Shown: one piece after another, positions 1 to 13,022 of the stretch
How positions within the stretch are numbered: the first letter of the stretch is position 1
Layout of the letters: the number at the start of each line of letters is the position of its first letter
NCBI GenBank assembly: GCA_028023455.1
Contig: JAQFVV010000010.1
Span: 9,982,001 to 10,046,000, forward strand
Origin: Epiperipatus broadwayi
Lineage: Eukaryota; Animalia; Onychophora
Direction: 5' to 3'
DNA: 64,000 nucleotides
Notes under the pieces: generated by a model
Databases searched by the model: none
What the model saw: only the letters and a program-made list of their open reading frames with translations
What the model was told of the DNA's origin: nothing
Made by a program: the position numbers and the translations under genes

Positions 1-2
1 GA

Positions 3-215
3 CCATTTTCTGGAGATTGCAAAGCACGATTCTTTCTGGTTTATTGCACAATTGTCATTTGCAATAAAGCATGCCTCTTTAATTTTTCGTTTCATATCAT
101 TCCGTTCAGTGCATAGTGCCCTTGCCATAGTGGGTTCGAACACATGGCCTGTTGTTTTTTGGTGCTCAAAAAATATGGATCTGTTTTCATCATTATTTAT
201 AGATCTCCTATGATT
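3..215 (-). mobile_element. Penelope-like element, C-terminal GIY-YIG endonuclease fragment
   Basis: Minus frame reads HNHRRSINNDENRSIFFEHQKTTGHVFEPTMARALCTERNDMKRKIKEACFIANDNCAINQKESCFAISRKW, matching the PLE pattern H..H...RKIKE..I...IN...S..W. Same family as 52753-53529. Confidence 0.75.
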
Positions 216-727
216 ATGGAGACTCAAGGTCTCTGAAAGCACTTAGCCATATAACTTTATAATAAGATTGAGACAAGCTTCACTTTTTTGCATAAAGTGC
301 AATCTAAATTACTTACTACTCAAAGGTGAAGTAGAAAACTAGTATTTTATGTAAATAGCAATGTATATGTAATAAATAAGTGAATCATGTTGCCATTAAA
401 GTTTTAAATATTAAAGAATAAATAAAATATATAAACACTTTCAATTATTGTCATACAATTATTATGTAAATATGACATAATTGAGAATATTTGTGCAATT
501 TACCTATTCTTTAATGTTTAAAACTTTAATGCTATGATGGATTGGTTATTATTATTATTTTAAACACATAACATGTTCAGACATTTATAAAGAAAAGATA
601 GAGGTGCTATTTTAAAAATAGACTTTATTCATGCTTAGCAATAGTAAAAGAATTGAAGTTAATTAAGTAATATTGCATTGCTATTTTGATTAATCAAAAT
701 GTCAATTATTCAGAGGCTTAGAGTGGT

Positions 728-1710
728 GCATATGTGTAAATTTATGGAAGAAAATTACTTATCACACATGCACTATTAATAAAATGATATTGAAATGATC
801 CAATTTCTCGCATCAATAAGTGTTTTAAAGCACAAGTGCTTAGATCCTATTTTTTAATAAATCAACCCTTCCCGACCCATGCTTAAATCAGGGTTTGATC
901 TTGTTATGAGCCTGATTTTTAAAGTGCCAAATTACTTGCACTAGTTTAGTTTGTATTTCCCAAGTAAGAGAAAGTTTTTAATTTTTAAATTACCTGTGAC
1001 TTTCAGTCATATTAGTTTGAATATATGTAATAAATAATAATAATATAGTGATTTATATATATAAATTTGGGGAAGGAGATGACTCATCACACATGCACTG
1101 TCAAATTGATATTAATAAACCAATTAATTTTAATTTAATAGCATATGTAGAATAAGTAATTTCCTTCCACAAATTTACACACACATATATATATAAACCT
1201 ACCCTGACACTTCTCTGAGGAGTGCCAAAGCACAAAACCATGGTCAGGGATTAGGGAAGGGGTTCCTGACAGAGATATTTTAAGTGCTGGATCTGGCTAA
1301 GCATTTATCACAAAGCTTGTAGAGAAATTGGCAATCCACATTGTTTATAACTTACAAGCTTAAGAGATAGGGTCATGTGATCTGTGACTCTTATTTTGAC
1401 TACATATATATCACTACATTATTATTTATTACATATATTCAAACTAATATGATTCAAAGTCACAGGTAATTAAAAATGAGTTTCTTTTCCCTGTGATATA
1501 TAAAATAAACTGGTGCAAATAATTTGACAATTTAAAAATCAGGTTCATGACAAGATCAAACTCTGATTTAAGCACAGTCAATAAGGGTTGGTTTATTTAA
1601 AGAATAGACTCTAAACATAAGTGCAGCATTTATGCTTTTAAGACATTTATTGACTGAACTGTCCATGTCAATTTAATAGCACATGTGATGAGCTTCCATA
1701 AATTTACATA
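728..1710. repeat. Long degenerate inverted repeat (arms about 728-1060 and 1400-1710) with a hammerhead motif in the spacer
   Basis: For example aaatcagggtttgatcttgttatgagcctgattttt vs aaaaatcaggttcatgacaagatcaaactctgattt, and attacctgtgactttcagtcatattagtttgaat vs attcaaactaatatgattcaaagtcacaggtaat. Confidence 0.8.
1211..1250 (+). ncRNA. Type I hammerhead ribozyme motif with G12>A, probably inactive
   Basis: ttct CTGAGGA GTGC CAAA GCAC AAAA CCATGG TC AGGG: helix II GTGC/GCAC, palindromic helix III ACCATGGT, GAAA box reads AAAA. Confidence 0.65.
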
Positions 1711-3000
1711 GTATTTATTACATTTATTTGAATGAATATTATAACAAAAACTAAAAGATTAGAAAATGTAATTTGTAACAATATGTATAAAGATAAAAGA
1801 TATCAAACTACCTTAACTAGTTCATTTCAAGGCAAAGCAAATTTAAATCCCGTCTGCAAATGATCAAATGCTATTTTTTCCTCTTCTAGTATTATCCTTT
1901 ACTTATTAATAGCTTGATATTCATTTACTGACCAGCAATTCAATTATTGTCCAGAATAGTAAGAGGCCATCTATTTGTAAGACAAACAATAAGCTTAATT
2001 GAAAATTTTCAGCTGCCTGAACAAAAATTTCAATTTCAACTTTACAGCAATCATGAATTTTGCAGATAAATGTATTAATAATTAAGCCACAAGGCCATTT
2101 AACACATATATATTCTTCATAAAAATAAGTATTCTTGCCTTATTGAATAAATAATCAAGTATGCCATAAAAATAATATAGATCAAACAAAGAATTATATG
2201 CACATATATTTAAAAAGAGATATATATTATCTATTATTTAAACAAAAAATATTTAAATATTTTAATATGACTTAACAAATTGTAAATATTGTCCGGATAG
2301 CAATTTCCATTACCATAAACTGACTTCTGATTAACTCAAGTTTTTAATATGGCAAACACTAATTTGTGCTTGTTTCATTTGCTGGTCATAGTACAAATTT
2401 ATTTGTTTCTAAAATAAAGAAGAAAATATTTAATTGTTTTTTTTAAATAATTTATATTCTTGTTTTCAAAATTAATTTAATAATAGAAATATTTTTACTT
2501 ATTAATAAAATTAAAATGGGGCTTAGATCACTTACACCATTTAAGTGGAAATGTCTTAAATTATGTTCATACATAATTTTAATCAAAATATTTAATATTT
2601 TATACAACATAATAAAAAATGTTTGTACAAATTAGAGAAAAATTACTATTAAGCACTTCAAGTGAAAGTCAACATTATTTTACATGTCTTTACATTTTAA
2701 CCAATATATTTTATATAATTCATAGCTAAATTCTTTACTATGATGGGAAAAACAAATGCTTTAAAAACTGGATAAGTATTTAGTTTGTGGCTTTTTAAAT
2801 TTATAACATAATAATTATCTCAAGCTTTTCAATTAGCAGCCGTTAAGAATACCAATTAAGTCATTCATTACAATAGAGAAGTAAATTCTTATTTTTCTCC
2901 TTTCACTTTCTTTGTACTTTTTCATATATTCATATATATTGCTTATAATAACATCCCTTATATACAGTTTAATGCAATTTTTTTTAACGATTCTTTTATT

Positions 3001-3040
3001 TCCCTGACAGTTTCGACTGTTCACAGTCTTCATCAGAACA
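3001..3040 (-). ncRNA. Minimal type I hammerhead ribozyme, intact core
   Basis: Reverse complement: CTGATGA A GACTG TGAA CAGTC GAAA CT GTC AGGGA. 5-bp helix II, GUC triplet, minimal helix III. Confidence 0.75.
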
Positions 3041-3060
3041 ATCTTAATCTCCTCTACATT

Positions 3061-3100
3061 ACTCTGATGAAGACTGCAGGATAGTTGAAACTGTCAGGAA
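3061..3100 (+). ncRNA. Minimal type I hammerhead ribozyme, second arm
   Basis: act CTGATGA A GACTG CAGGA TAGTT GAAA CT GTC AGGAA. Helix II is kept with G-U wobbles. Confidence 0.7.
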
Positions 3101-3602
3101 AATAAAGGAATCATTAAAAAAAATTTGCATTAAAGTGTATATGAGGGGAGTTATTGTAAGCCATATACTAGAGATTATCCACCTAATGAGTAATATTTCT
3201 GTAATGTAATTTTCTCTACCCTACTCTCATGCAAGATATGAACTGGTTTTAAACCACTTTTAACACTTTGTAGAGGGTGTAATCATAAACATAGACCAAA
3301 GACACATTAAAAAGATTTATGTTCCCCAAGATGCACATTTTGTATCAGCATAGTTTAATTGGTATGTCAAACTTATTGCTGTCATAATTTTAGCACAAAC
3401 TACTTAATGGAAGTATATTTATAATTTTATTCATTTAGTTAATAATCTTTAGTCAAATAAATGACCAATAAAATGTTTTAATATACTTCCATTAAATGGT
3501 TTATGTTAAAGTTGTGAGGGCAGTAAGTTTGACATTTTTCAATTTTGCAGTAATTGGCTATCTATCTATACTGAAGAATGATAAAGATATTTATATGAAA
3601 TT

Positions 3603-3742
3603 GTGATCTGGGCCAATTGATGACTGCTGGTTCAGCACAAACTGTGCATCTTGGAGATCATAAATCTTTTTCATGTGTCTTTAGTCATCTGTTTATAATT
3701 ATACCTCTTCACAAGATGTTAAAAGCAGATAGAAACCAATTC
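3603..3742 (+). mobile_element. Family C hammerhead-bearing short repeat, decayed copy
   Basis: gatctgggccaaTTGATGActgctggttcagcacAAActgtgcatcttggagatc; homologous to 14.9, 40.0, 40.5 and 42.0 kb. Confidence 0.65.
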
Positions 3743-5205
3743 CTACCTTGCATGAGAGTGGTGTAGTGAAAATTATTCTATAGAAATATTATTTATTAAT
3801 TAATAGATCAACTTTGACTTAATATTTTTTTGATGCTGCTGACATTAAATAATTGTGAAATTATCTAAATATTTCATAAAAATTCTACCTATGCTTTCTA
3901 AACAGAAGTATTAATGGAATAATCATTCTAGATTATATTAAAAATGTTAATAGATATAAAATACATGAAACAAATTATATCACATATAATAAAGACAATT
4001 GTATGAATATATATACAAAACATCCATTAAGTTGAATAATAAGTGTTTAATGGATAAAGAATGGATAGTTAATTAATATGTGTGGCTATATATTCATTCA
4101 ATTTGTACAATAGGTTAATTTTGTAATATGATTGTATAAATATTACATAGTAGTTCATGTTGGATATCCATTTTTTATCTGTCTTCTTTCATGTATTGAT
4201 ATAGATGTCACTGTATGTACTTTAAATCATGGTATTCTGGAGACATATTGAAAAGGGCAAAAAACATAATTTGCTGAAAAAGGCTTTTTTATGATAATTA
4301 TATACTTTGTATAATCTTTGTTGTTTGTAGATATGTATTTTTTAACATATTACTGACTGTTGAATAATGATTCAATAGTGTGACAAAATGATTTTAATTT
4401 TATTTTACATTATTGACATTTTTGAATATTTATAAGGTAAAATATTTCATTATTTTTAAAATAATGTTCTCAACATTGTAGTTCATTGATGAATAATAAA
4501 ACAAATTACATTAATAGTAATATTACATCAAATATGACAAAAGGATTTTATTAATTATACCATATTCTTTAATGATGATGATGTTAATAATCATTTGTTA
4601 ATGTTAAATTTAGTTGTAATCGAGAACAAAAATGCAAAAAATATTATATATTTATTTTTTTGAATAATACAATCTTTAAAAACCCATTAAAAACAGTATC
4701 TTTAAAAACTTTTCATAAAATAGCAAAGAAGAAATCATTACTTACAAAACTTCTCAACTATCAGATTCTGAGTATATGAATGTGTTTCATTATTGTTTTA
4801 TTCTCTATCTAACAATATTTGGATAGCCATTATTAAGCAATATTGGATAGTTAGGTGATTTGGCTATGGATTGGTTATTCTAAGTATGACTGAAATAAGT
4901 TTACCAAACCTGAATTCAAACTTCAGATTTATACAAATTCATAGACACCAGTGGTCAACCACCTACAAAAGAACCAACTAAAATTTTTTGTATCTGCTTC
5001 AAAAATAGTGTATATATATATATATAATCTATCAATGCTTATTCCACGGGAAAAAAAATCAAGAACATTAAATATAACCTTAATGGATTTTCAATGCAAA
5101 GCTCTTTTCAGAATATAATATTTACCTTTGAAAAGTGTGATCTGTAAGAAAATACAATAGATAATGTCTTTGATATTTTTTCTCCTCTTAAAAAGTATTG
5201 ATTTA

Positions 5206-5591
5206 ACCACTAAATATCACATGATCACCATTCTTTATGCTTACACAAACTATTTATATAGAGGCTAAACTTTCCATACAGTAGTGCCACTCATGTAAGC
5301 CAGAGTAATCAATGGATGCAAGAAGGTTTGTGCACAAAATCCCCATCTAGTGCCTACTCATCAAATATTCCTAGACTAGTTTCTAGCTTGTGACTTTCAT
5401 CAGTGAGGAGCATTGGATCAGTGCACGCTCAACTCCACACTGATGAAAGCGATAAGCTAAAAATTAGTCTGGGGATATTGAATGAGTAGGCACTATATAG
5501 GGATTTTATGCACAAACCTTCTTGAATACATTGATTATTCTGGCATGTACTGAGTGGCGATACTGTATTGAGAGTTTAGCTTCTAGGTATT
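5206..5591. mobile_element. Family A palindromic hammerhead-bearing element
   Basis: Arms about 5260-5408 and 5435-5590. Minus HHR at 5372-5410 and decayed plus HHR at 5434-5475. Homologous to 9.9, 17.0 and 63.2 kb. Confidence 0.8.
5372..5410 (-). ncRNA. Family A hammerhead ribozyme motif
   Basis: Reverse complement: ctcctca CTGATGA A AGTCACAAGCT A GAAA CTAG TC TAGG; palindromic helix III ACTAGT. Confidence 0.65.
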
Positions 5592-8500
5592 GATTTAATT
5601 ATATACAAATTATTACAAACATTTTTAGTAATTTGTATCTGTTTTTTTTTTTTTTAAATTTCAAATTAGGTAAATTTGTAGTGAGTTTCATTATTTAAAT
5701 GTTTTCTTTTTATCAAAATTTCATATTTTTAATAGGATAAATTTATCATGTAATTTTTATCCATATCTGGCATCATTTATCATGCAGTTTTAAATGACTT
5801 TGAGAATTTAAGTTGATCTTTGTTAATGTTCTTTGTTTTGCCTTAATTGTATTAAACATTAGCATGGTTTATTTAGAAAACTTTATTTTAAAAAATTAAA
5901 TAGAAACTTTTTTTCCCATTTAATTATAAATTAATTATACAAGTGTTATTAAAATGTTATTATTAAGAGACATTTGTTAATTAAACTTGTTGCTTAGTAA
6001 TAGATTTAAAAAAGTAATTAAATCTTCTATTCCTCAGCAAAAAGTTCTTATTGTTGTTTAACATAGAAGATGTCAAAATCATTTGTAAATTTGGAAAATT
6101 GATATTTATTAAATTTCCAATGCAATTCAAAAATATTCATAAATGTTCATATATATATATATGAAAATAATTATATATTTAGTAAATATTAATTACTTCA
6201 CATGTGTGTAATCACGATTTAGAACTAAATTATTCAAAAGGCGATTGCATAACCAATATTAATAAGTCAAACACAATACCTGCATGCAGATATATGATAA
6301 ATATTTAAATATTACCTAAGAAATTTTTTATCCAATCTTAAAATTAGTTCATTCTTTTACACATAATGGTATTTTATTTTGCTTTCCTGAGTTTTGTGAT
6401 AATATTAGTATGTGAAAATTCAAATTAAAAAATTTAATGAATACTGAACTCTCATTTTTAATAATCATTTTTAAAGCAATATTAATTTATAATTTTTTTT
6501 ATAAAATTTTTGAAAAAGTAGATGAATTAGTTCTAAAATTTGTTTTATTATGAAGCTTTGTCTAGTCTTCTATTATTTTCATTTAATATATGAATATTTA
6601 AATAATTATTTGTCTGGAAAATCACGTGATATTGAGTGCTTAAAATGAAATGTTGGGTTTTGATATTGGAATTCTGCACTCTCAAACATCATTGTTTGCC
6701 ACTGTGTTAAACTATTGTTTGTAGTTACATTGAATGTCTCAGGAACTGGAGATTGAGTGAAGATGATGAATCAAAGTTGCAGATAGAGGATAACACTTTT
6801 ATTTAATTGACCAGATTGAGATTGCTTTTGTCTTCTTTAGGTCGGGATTTATCTAAGAATTTTGAGTTACAACTTGCACATTATGCAAACAAGTGAAGCT
6901 CAATATTAAGAGAATTATCAAGCTGAGTGCTTTCAAGAACCTTTAGACCCCATATTCATAGCCTATCTTGGGAATGTCAGCTTGAGTTGTGATTTTAAAT
7001 AACTAGGTAGTAATTTATGCAAATTTATTCACTGTCTTCATAATGTCCACTTTCTAGAAATAGAAAAACATGATTCTTTCTCATTTATTGCTTGTTTTCA
7101 TAATACACAAGTTGTAACTTACTGCTCAAAGGTGAAGTCGAAAGAAGGATTTTATTTCATTACTAAGAATTTTACGTTTATTCTTTTTACTATGCTAGTA
7201 ATCTCACTGCAATTTTGGTATTGACCAATCATTTCTATAAAAATCATTAAAATAAATATAAATATAAGCTATTACCAAATAATTCGTAAAACCATTTATT
7301 TCTATTATAGTTCTATTTAACTTTCTTCCTACTTTGTTGCTATTTGACTTTCTAATTACAGAACAGCATCCACTTCTAAATATTCCTCACAATTTATTTT
7401 TTTATTTCTATGAAATTATCTTCATTCTAAATGTTCTGTTCAGAATTTGTATTAATCATTAACAGGCGGAGTTATTGCTTTACAATTGTTATAACCCCAA
7501 TGAGGAAGGATTAAACTAAGCAAACAGTCCCTAAAAGATTGCAAAACGAAGGACTCTGAAAATTCCTGGATCAATTCTCAAGTAACGAAATGTCACTTAA
7601 ATTCCTAAAAAATGATTCTATGATTAAATAAAAGTTTAAAATATCTGAAAGTTTGTGATGGTGGCATTTTAATTGTAATTCTATGATGGACTGTTTCCAT
7701 CATCTAATATTAATTGTTAAATGTCTTTAGAAAAAATCAAGAGCACACACAACATTTAGAGTGGTATTATTTTTCTTTTTTCAGCAGATGCTATTAGCCT
7801 GACCAGTGACAGTACTAGCATCCAAATGAAATCTGAGACTTTTAGAATCATAAATACTGAATTAAAGGTGATGCTCTAATTAATTAGGCAGAATTCTTTA
7901 ATTGGCTAGCGTATCACCTTAAATTCAATACTTATGAATCTAAATCTCAGGTTTTATTCCGATGCTAATTCCTAGCTAATCAAGCTAACAATACTTAGAA
8001 AACAGATGAAAATTAATATTTCTCAAAATATTGTATTATATACTAATGTATATGCTATTTCTAACAATTGGCAATAATTAAAAAAATTGAATAAAGTTTA
8101 AACTTTTCTAAAAACATTTAAGAATTATTTCTAGATGACAACGTATAATTTGTTAGTTTTCATTACACATTGGAGTTATTCACACAAATCATTCAGATTA
8201 GTTTTAGCTTAATTCTTAATTGGATTTTTTTTTACAGGAGAGGTCATTAAAAAACAGAATCTATTTACAGGTAAAAATCCTGAAGTTGAATCTTATAACT
8301 ATGATGATTTTTAATCATTTGAATGAAAATGTGTTCAGTCTTCTAGATGGAGACTTTGATGTTACTTAATCTCCAACGCAATTAATTATATGATTATTTA
8401 CATTAAAAGACTGATTTGAATATATAAAAAAGCAATTGTTTTTATATAATTTATTAATTTTTATTTATTAATTGAGATGCTTCATCATTTTTTTTCTCAC

Positions 8501-9017
8501 AAAAGTGTGAAAGCAAAATGTGAATATTTCTTTTCAATGTAATAAGATAAGTTATAGCAATCATTTAAAGTTTAATTTTTCAAAGTGCTGTTCAGTGATG
8601 CTTAACCTTTACTAAGTAGACATCTTCACACTAATGTAGAGCTGTCAACTGTGAATTTGAGTAATATGTGCTGTCAAATTCCCAATCTGTAGAATAATTT
8701 CTGGCCTTTATAAGATTAGGATTCAAAGTAATATGAATAAATCCTGATCTTTACAGATTAAGGCCAAAATCAGAAACAGTTGTTTTGAAAATGAGGATTT
8801 ATATCATTATACTATCTGTTGCCCATAGATTGCTCAAGTTTATAATATATAGCTCTAGAGAAAAGAGAAGATAACTACTCTTAGTAAACATATTAAAACC
8901 TTATTTAATATTATTTCTGGTACTTCAGAAAGTACTTAGTGATTACCATTAGTGGAAAAATTAATTTACTAATAATTATTCAGCATTTATTTTTTATAGC
9001 GTCTGTATACAATTGTA

Positions 9018-9649
9018 ATCACATTCATATCGGCTTTTTCAAACCAAATTGTGCAAACGCTTTTTGCGAGTGTTAAATAATAAATGAATACCCTCTGACC
9101 CCTACAAGATATAGAATTTATGCAGCAATACTTCAGGATTTGCTCATATATAATATGACTCGAGTATTTAGTAATAAGAGCGAATCCTTTTATTGCTGCA
9201 TAAATTGTGTGATCTTGTAGGGCAGTCAGGGTATTGAATTACTATTTAACACTTATGAATGAATAACGCGATTGCACAATTTGACTAGAATTATACTGAA
9301 TGTCATTCCAATTGTATACTAGATCATATAAATAAATGCTGATTTATTTTTTATAGATCTGATTTACAATTGGAATGACGTTCATATCAAATTCTAGTAA
9401 ATTTCATCGGCGTCATTCACTCATAAGTTATATATAGTAATTCAAAGTGACTGTTCTATAGACACACCTTCTGTGGCAGTACTTCAGATTTGCTCATATA
9501 TAAATATTTGAGTCATAGTAATAAGAGGATTCCTTTTATTGCTGCATAAATTCTGTATCTTGTATGGGTCAGAGGGTATTCATTTATTATTTAACACTCG
9601 CAAAAAGCGTTTGCACAATTTGGTTTGAAAAAGCCGATATGAATGTGAT
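9018..9649. repeat. Foldback element with an 84-bp perfect inverted repeat and an internal decayed arm copy
   Basis: 9018-9101 is the exact reverse complement of 9566-9649. An older degenerate arm lies at about 9190-9340, and there is an internal direct repeat at 9131 and 9481. Confidence 0.9.
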
Positions 9650-9934
9650 AATAATTATTCACTAAATATCAATGAAACTATTCCTTATTATTAAGTTCTG
9701 CTGAACTGTTCTTATCAACACTAAAAATAATAAGTATTCACTATTATATGGAGGAGGTGTACCACAGCATGCCCTTGAATAATATAAATAAGCAAATTGA
9801 TGACTTCAAATTCCTTCATAATGTCTATCAACTTTGGCTAGGATTTTCATTCTTTATGTAGGTCTATCAAGTAATATTAAAGATGACATCCAAATGTTTT
9901 CTCAACCAAAATTTTTATAGAATTATGTACTCTA

Positions 9935-10206
9935 GACTATTAAACATCACATGATCACCATCTCTTATGCTAGCACATAACCGTTATTAAATAGGCAAAA
10001 CTCTCCATACAGTAGTGCCACCCTGTGCCAACCAGAGTAATCAATGGATGCCAGAAATCTTGTGCATAAAATCCCCATCTAATGCCTACTCACTGATGAA
10101 GGCCACAAGCCAGAAACTAGTCTGGGGATATTGGATGAGTAAGCACTAAATGGGGATTTTATACACAAGCCTTCTGGCATCCATTGATTACTCTGGCTGG
10201 CACAGG
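9935..10206. mobile_element. Family A palindromic element with one central hammerhead
   Basis: Arms about 10022-10092 and 10135-10206 flank the HHR. Confidence 0.8.
10089..10127 (+). ncRNA. Family A type I hammerhead ribozyme, best-preserved copy
   Basis: ctca CTGATGA A GGC CACAA GCC A GAAA CTAG TC TGGG: helix I CTCA/TGGG, helix II GGC/GCC, helix III ACTAGT, GUC triplet. Confidence 0.75.
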
Positions 10207-10959
10207 CCTGTTTACTCTAGACTATGTCAGGGCAGATAAAGAAATTAATTATGTAATTTATTTTGGCAAAACCTTGTTTAAATTTTCTAAACAGTTGCAG
10301 ATATGCACTCAATTCTTTTCAAACAAATATGTCTGATTGTCTCTTAGTAACAATAAGTTAAAACTTCAAATTCTCAACTACACATAAACGCAAAGGATCT
10401 TATAAGAAGCAATACAGTATTAAATGCTCACAAAGAAAGATAATCTATCTTGAAGTTTATTAATAGATTTTATAAAGAATTCAGCTTGAATGCTAATATA
10501 TGTAGCAGAAATTCAAATTAACTATGTTTTTTTCATACATATTACAATAATCCTATGTTTTCTGATGAAAAACTAATCAATACAGCCTTATTCTTTAATG
10601 GTACTAGTTCTTCCGAAAAGTTATATTTTTTATATCATGGATTAAAGATTTTCATTTTTGTTTTATGTGGACAAATGCTATATGCCTTCATATTAGTATA
10701 TCTTAGTATTGAATATATTATCAAAATATTGAAGTGCTTTTCCCTCGTAAAAATATTCAATATGGTTATCATCTGCTAGGAACAACTACATCCAATATTT
10801 TGCTTTTTATTTTTCAGTGTATATTATTTTAATTCAAACCTTTCTTATTTTTGTCAACATATAATTTAATTATTTCATATACACATATATGTATTAGTGT
10901 CATCAATTTTTGCATATCATCACTTACTCCCTATTCTGCACCATTTATAACAATGGCTA

Positions 10960-12050
10960 TGAATATGAGGCAACACGCCTCGAAAGCGCTTAGCCGTTAA
11001 CTTCTGTATAGACTTATAAGAATAATTAGTATAGCTTCTCTTTCTAGCGCCTCACACGCTTCTAATTTTATTATAACATTAAAAAAAAAAAAAGATAAAT
11101 TTATACATAACGATATATATTGGTTGATAAAAGACAGACAGCTAGAAATGATTTCCTTCTGCATTTACATCACATTGGGCGCATGACTCTTAGATAATAT
11201 CAGTAGCAATCGAGCTTGATCTACATATATCATAACAGACTGATATATTGCACAAAAACATTTTTGTTTATAAACAGACATGATATCTCTGATAAAGTTA
11301 AACAATTTGTTCTCAAAGATGAAATATAATCTTTTTTTCTTTTTTATACCATCCGGATTCATAAAATATTTTCTTATGCCCAGCAGTAGTTTTCTTTAGA
11401 AAGTAGAATAATATATATGGCAAAGATAATTTTCAGTTTTCTTTTTATCAATTCCACGTGGAGCCATTATAAATATCAGATAGTTGCGATAGGGTTAAAA
11501 GGAAGTTGTGAGTTTTAGATTCAGATGGTTGGGAGCTTTCTTGTGCAGATAATCGTCAATTGGTTGCTGGGATACAATTGAGATGAATGTATAGTTTTTT
11601 TTTTTAAAAAAAACAACAACTCATATTTGAAAATTAATAAGTTTGAAATAAATAAAACAAAAACCGGAACTCAAAATCAACAATATTCACTACGCATTAT
11701 TCGGTAAATACTTCTATTAATTTATATGAAATATAATATTTTATTAATAATAATTACATTAAATATGCTCATACTACTTCAATGTTGATTTGGACATCAC
11801 GAACGACATTTCTTGAGATTGGGCCTATCATCTAATTTTTCGGACTTCTCAATGATACATCCTACTAATTGTTAGTTGTCTCTCTTCTTTTGCCATCAGT
11901 TTTCTCGAACATATTATATACACGTTAAAACATATTCATAAATACATGTTAAAATTTGAGTAATAATAATTTTTAAATTATTTTGATAAAGATGCTACTT
12001 GACTGTCATTTTAAATAAATATGCAGTCTGTGTTTGAAGCGAATATCGAA
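10960..12050. promoter_or_regulatory. CpG-enriched, promoter-like patch
   Basis: About 20 CpGs in 1.1 kb in otherwise CpG-poor DNA, with no recognisable TE. Donor-like sites point outward on both strands (minus at 10927, plus at about 11704). Confidence 0.4.
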
Positions 12051-13022
12051 TTTTATTATACAGGTTGATTTACCATATGTTCTACCATGCCATTGTTAAA
12101 TACAAACACAAATTTATAACCAAAGCTGACTTTTCTATCTTCTTTTTTATAGTGAATCTAAAAGAATTGTCATCAAGTTGCTAAATTTGTATTAAAAAAA
12201 TTAAAACATACCACACTTTTTTTTTTTTTAAAGAAAAATGTTGGAATGGCTCATCTCATTATTGTGATCTGGATTTCATTTTTTACTGTGCTAAAAAAAC
12301 TTAGGATGCCATAGGAATTTCTGACCAAACAGAAATTTGATAATGTCTGCTTCAAAATGGCAAAAGACTTCAATTTATAACAAAAGAAACATCTGCAACT
12401 CAGTGCGCTGGAAAGAATAGTTTGCAGTAGCTCTGCCTGATATGAAAATTTTAAATCCAAAACTGTATAATAGAGTGCATTCTTATCTACTTACAGTAGA
12501 AATGGTTAGTATTATAGAAAGATTACATGATATAACAGAATTTTTAGGCAACAAAACCTTACAATAAAATTTATAAATAGAACGCAGCTTGTTGCTACAT
12601 CTGAAGAAGTACTCGAAGTAAAATATTTGAAAATGGTTTTAAAATTATTGTAGAAGTGTACTGAATTTGTCACTTGTTTGCAATTTGATTGATTGAATTT
12701 ACTGATACCAATGGTAAATTTTAACTTTTAGCATTCAGTAGATTTGTTTACAAAGAACAAAAGACCAAGATATTTTCAATTTTATTAATAATTACTTCAA
12801 TCATACTAACTTGTCTTGGGATTTCTGCATAAGTATTTGTATAGATGGTGACCGTCTAGTATGGAAGTATAAAATAATTTATTAACTTTGCGCAAAAAAC
12901 AGAATCTAAAAATTATTTTTACATGTTGATTTTTATATAGAGAAGTGCTAGGATAAAAATTATTAGTGCCTGAATCACAAAGTCTTAGATAACATTATTA
13001 AAACTATTAATTATATAAAAAG

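Larger units (their letters stand above)
2932..3167. repeat. Head-to-head inverted repeat (about 105-bp arms), each arm with a hammerhead
   Basis: The reverse complement of 2932-3037 aligns with 3063-3167; 25-nt spacer. Confidence 0.85.

Noticed and set aside
7797-7821. 25-bp identity with 49271-49295
   Set aside because: An ordinary dispersed-repeat fragment with no further structure visible.
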